Source: a virus
Lineage: Duplodnaviria; Heunggongvirae; Uroviricota; Caudoviricetes
Length of the DNA: 17,698 nt
Virus record (IMG/VR): IMGVR_UViG_3300000292_000161
Direction: 5' to 3' (one strand)
Part shown: in pieces, positions 16,434 to 17,698 of the stretch
Layout: each line of letters begins with the position of its first letter
How positions within the stretch are numbered: position 1 is the stretch's first letter
The notes under the pieces: generated by a model
Database searches by the model: none
The model's input: the letters and a program-made list of their open reading frames with translations, nothing else
Told to the model about the DNA's origin: nothing
Position numbers and translations under genes: made by a program

Positions 16434-17698
16434 ATTTGCCTCCGGGCTTTATCGAATGGCGTTACGTTGTAGTCTTTCCCGCTTTCCAGTGCCACCAGCA
16501 GATCAGCCCACTGTGCCAGCGCAGCTTTACGCTCATCAAAATACTGATGGCGGTTATAAATCCCCTCCACACCCTTAATGCGATGATTGAGGCATCGTTC
16601 CGCTACGACAGGATCAACACCCAATGCTGCTAAATGAGTACGTGCGGTACGCCGGAAGTCGTGAATCGTGAAATTAGGCACATCCGGCATTTCGGCGCGA
16701 ACCTTAGCCAGTGCTACGGGTAAAGTGCTTTCCTGAATATGTGGGATCATTCTGTTTTGCATCTTCCTGGCTGGAAGCACCCATGCGCTATTACATGAAA
16801 AGGTGTGTAGCTCTCTCAACCATTCAACGGCTGGGGAAGGTAGAGGTATATCAATAGGGTCTCCGTTTTTGCTGCGTTCTTCCGGCAAATGCCATACCGC
16901 ACCATCTAAATCAAACTCTTCCCATCGTGCGGCGCATAACTCCATCTTACGAACGCATAGTGCCAGCAATAGCTTAAATGTCAGTTCGTTCTGGCGGCTG
17001 AATCCTTTTGCGGTGCGCATAGCCTCGAATAGCCTGATAAGCTCATCGCGAGTTAGCCAACGGTCGCGGGAAACCTCTTTACCACCAGCATCAGATACTT
17101 CAAACGCTGAACAAGGGTTTATCTCCAGAGCGTGGCGTTTTATCCCATAGTCAAAGATACGGCGTGCCCAGCGTAATACATCTGTTGCTATCGTTGGTGC
17201 TCCTCGGTCAACGATACCTTTCAACATGTCGTCAATGTGGCGTGGCTTAACGTCCTCTACCTTCATATGCCCAATGCAGGGGTTAATATCCTTATCAATT
17301 CTCCGGCGAAGGATATCGGGATGTTTCCATCTCGGAAGTATCTGGCGCTCGAAGTATTCGGAGGCCAGATCTGAAACACGCATGGCGTTTTTCTCAGCCT
17401 CCATTTTTGCCAGTGCTTCAGCTTTTCGTTCCTGTTTCTCTGCTGCTACGTCATAGCCAAGAGCAACTCTGGCTGACAGCTCTTTTGCTGTTTCTCTGGC
17501 TTTTGATAGTGACAGTTCGGAGTAAGAGCCTATAACCATAGCCCGCTGCTTTCCTGCGAGCTTATAGCGGAATCGCCAGAACGGGACTGTGTAGTTTTTG
17601 GGGTAGCAAATATAAAGGCCGTTGCCGTCTGCCTTGCCATCAAATCTGTCTCCCGCCTTTATCCATGCGCGGATCTGCATATCTGTGAGTTTTGGCAT
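16430..17698 (-). CDS. int: P4-family tyrosine integrase (site-specific recombinase)
   Basis: 422 aa, ATG at the window edge (17698). N-terminal arm-binding pattern (GKADGNGLYICYP...FRYKLAGKQRAMVIGSY) and C-terminal catalytic motifs (IHDFRRTARTHL, GIYNRHQY). Confidence 0.95.
   Translation of the reverse strand: MPKLTDMQIRAWIKAGDRFDGKADGNGLYICYPKNYTVPFWRFRYKLAGKQRAMVIGSYSELSLSKARETAKELSARVALGYDVAAEKQERKAEALAKMEAEKNAMRVSDLASEYFERQILPRWKHPDILRRRIDKDINPCIGHMKVEDVKPRHIDDMLKGIVDRGAPTIATDVLRWARRIFDYGIKRHALEINPCSAFEVSDAGGKEVSRDRWLTRDELIRLFEAMRTAKGFSRQNELTFKLLLALCVRKMELCAARWEEFDLDGAVWHLPEERSKNGDPIDIPLPSPAVEWLRELHTFSCNSAWVLPARKMQNRMIPHIQESTLPVALAKVRAEMPDVPNFTIHDFRRTARTHLAALGVDPVVAERCLNHRIKGVEGIYNRHQYFDERKAALAQWADLLVALESGKDYNVTPFDKARRQM

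Overview
This 17.7-kb window is almost entirely minus-strand coding and looks like an integrated mobile element of the P4/PICI type from an enterobacterial-like host, judged from motifs I recognise by eye; no homology search was possible. From right to left it carries a P4-family tyrosine integrase (start at the window edge), a coupled AT-rich 216-aa cargo gene, AlpA, a long chain of translationally coupled small genes, and a P4-type primase/helicase interrupted by a 93-nt N gap. Downstream of the primase are two clusters of GGTGGTACAGGT iterons (ori/crr-like). Beyond an intrinsic terminator lies a separately promoted operon of a 57-aa putative regulator, a 451-aa Gln-rich protein and a 705-aa repeat-rich Gly/Ala-rich protein, with a convergent small membrane protein; this is my best candidate for an undescribed system. 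The left end holds a decayed non-coding stretch, an ImmA/IrrE-like metallopeptidase coupled to a 2-TM protein, an RHH-like protein, a phased TGAACCAAC iteron array and a small PerC-like regulator. I found no rRNA, tRNA or CRISPR array. Island boundaries cannot be fixed because the attachment site/tRNA lies outside the window.
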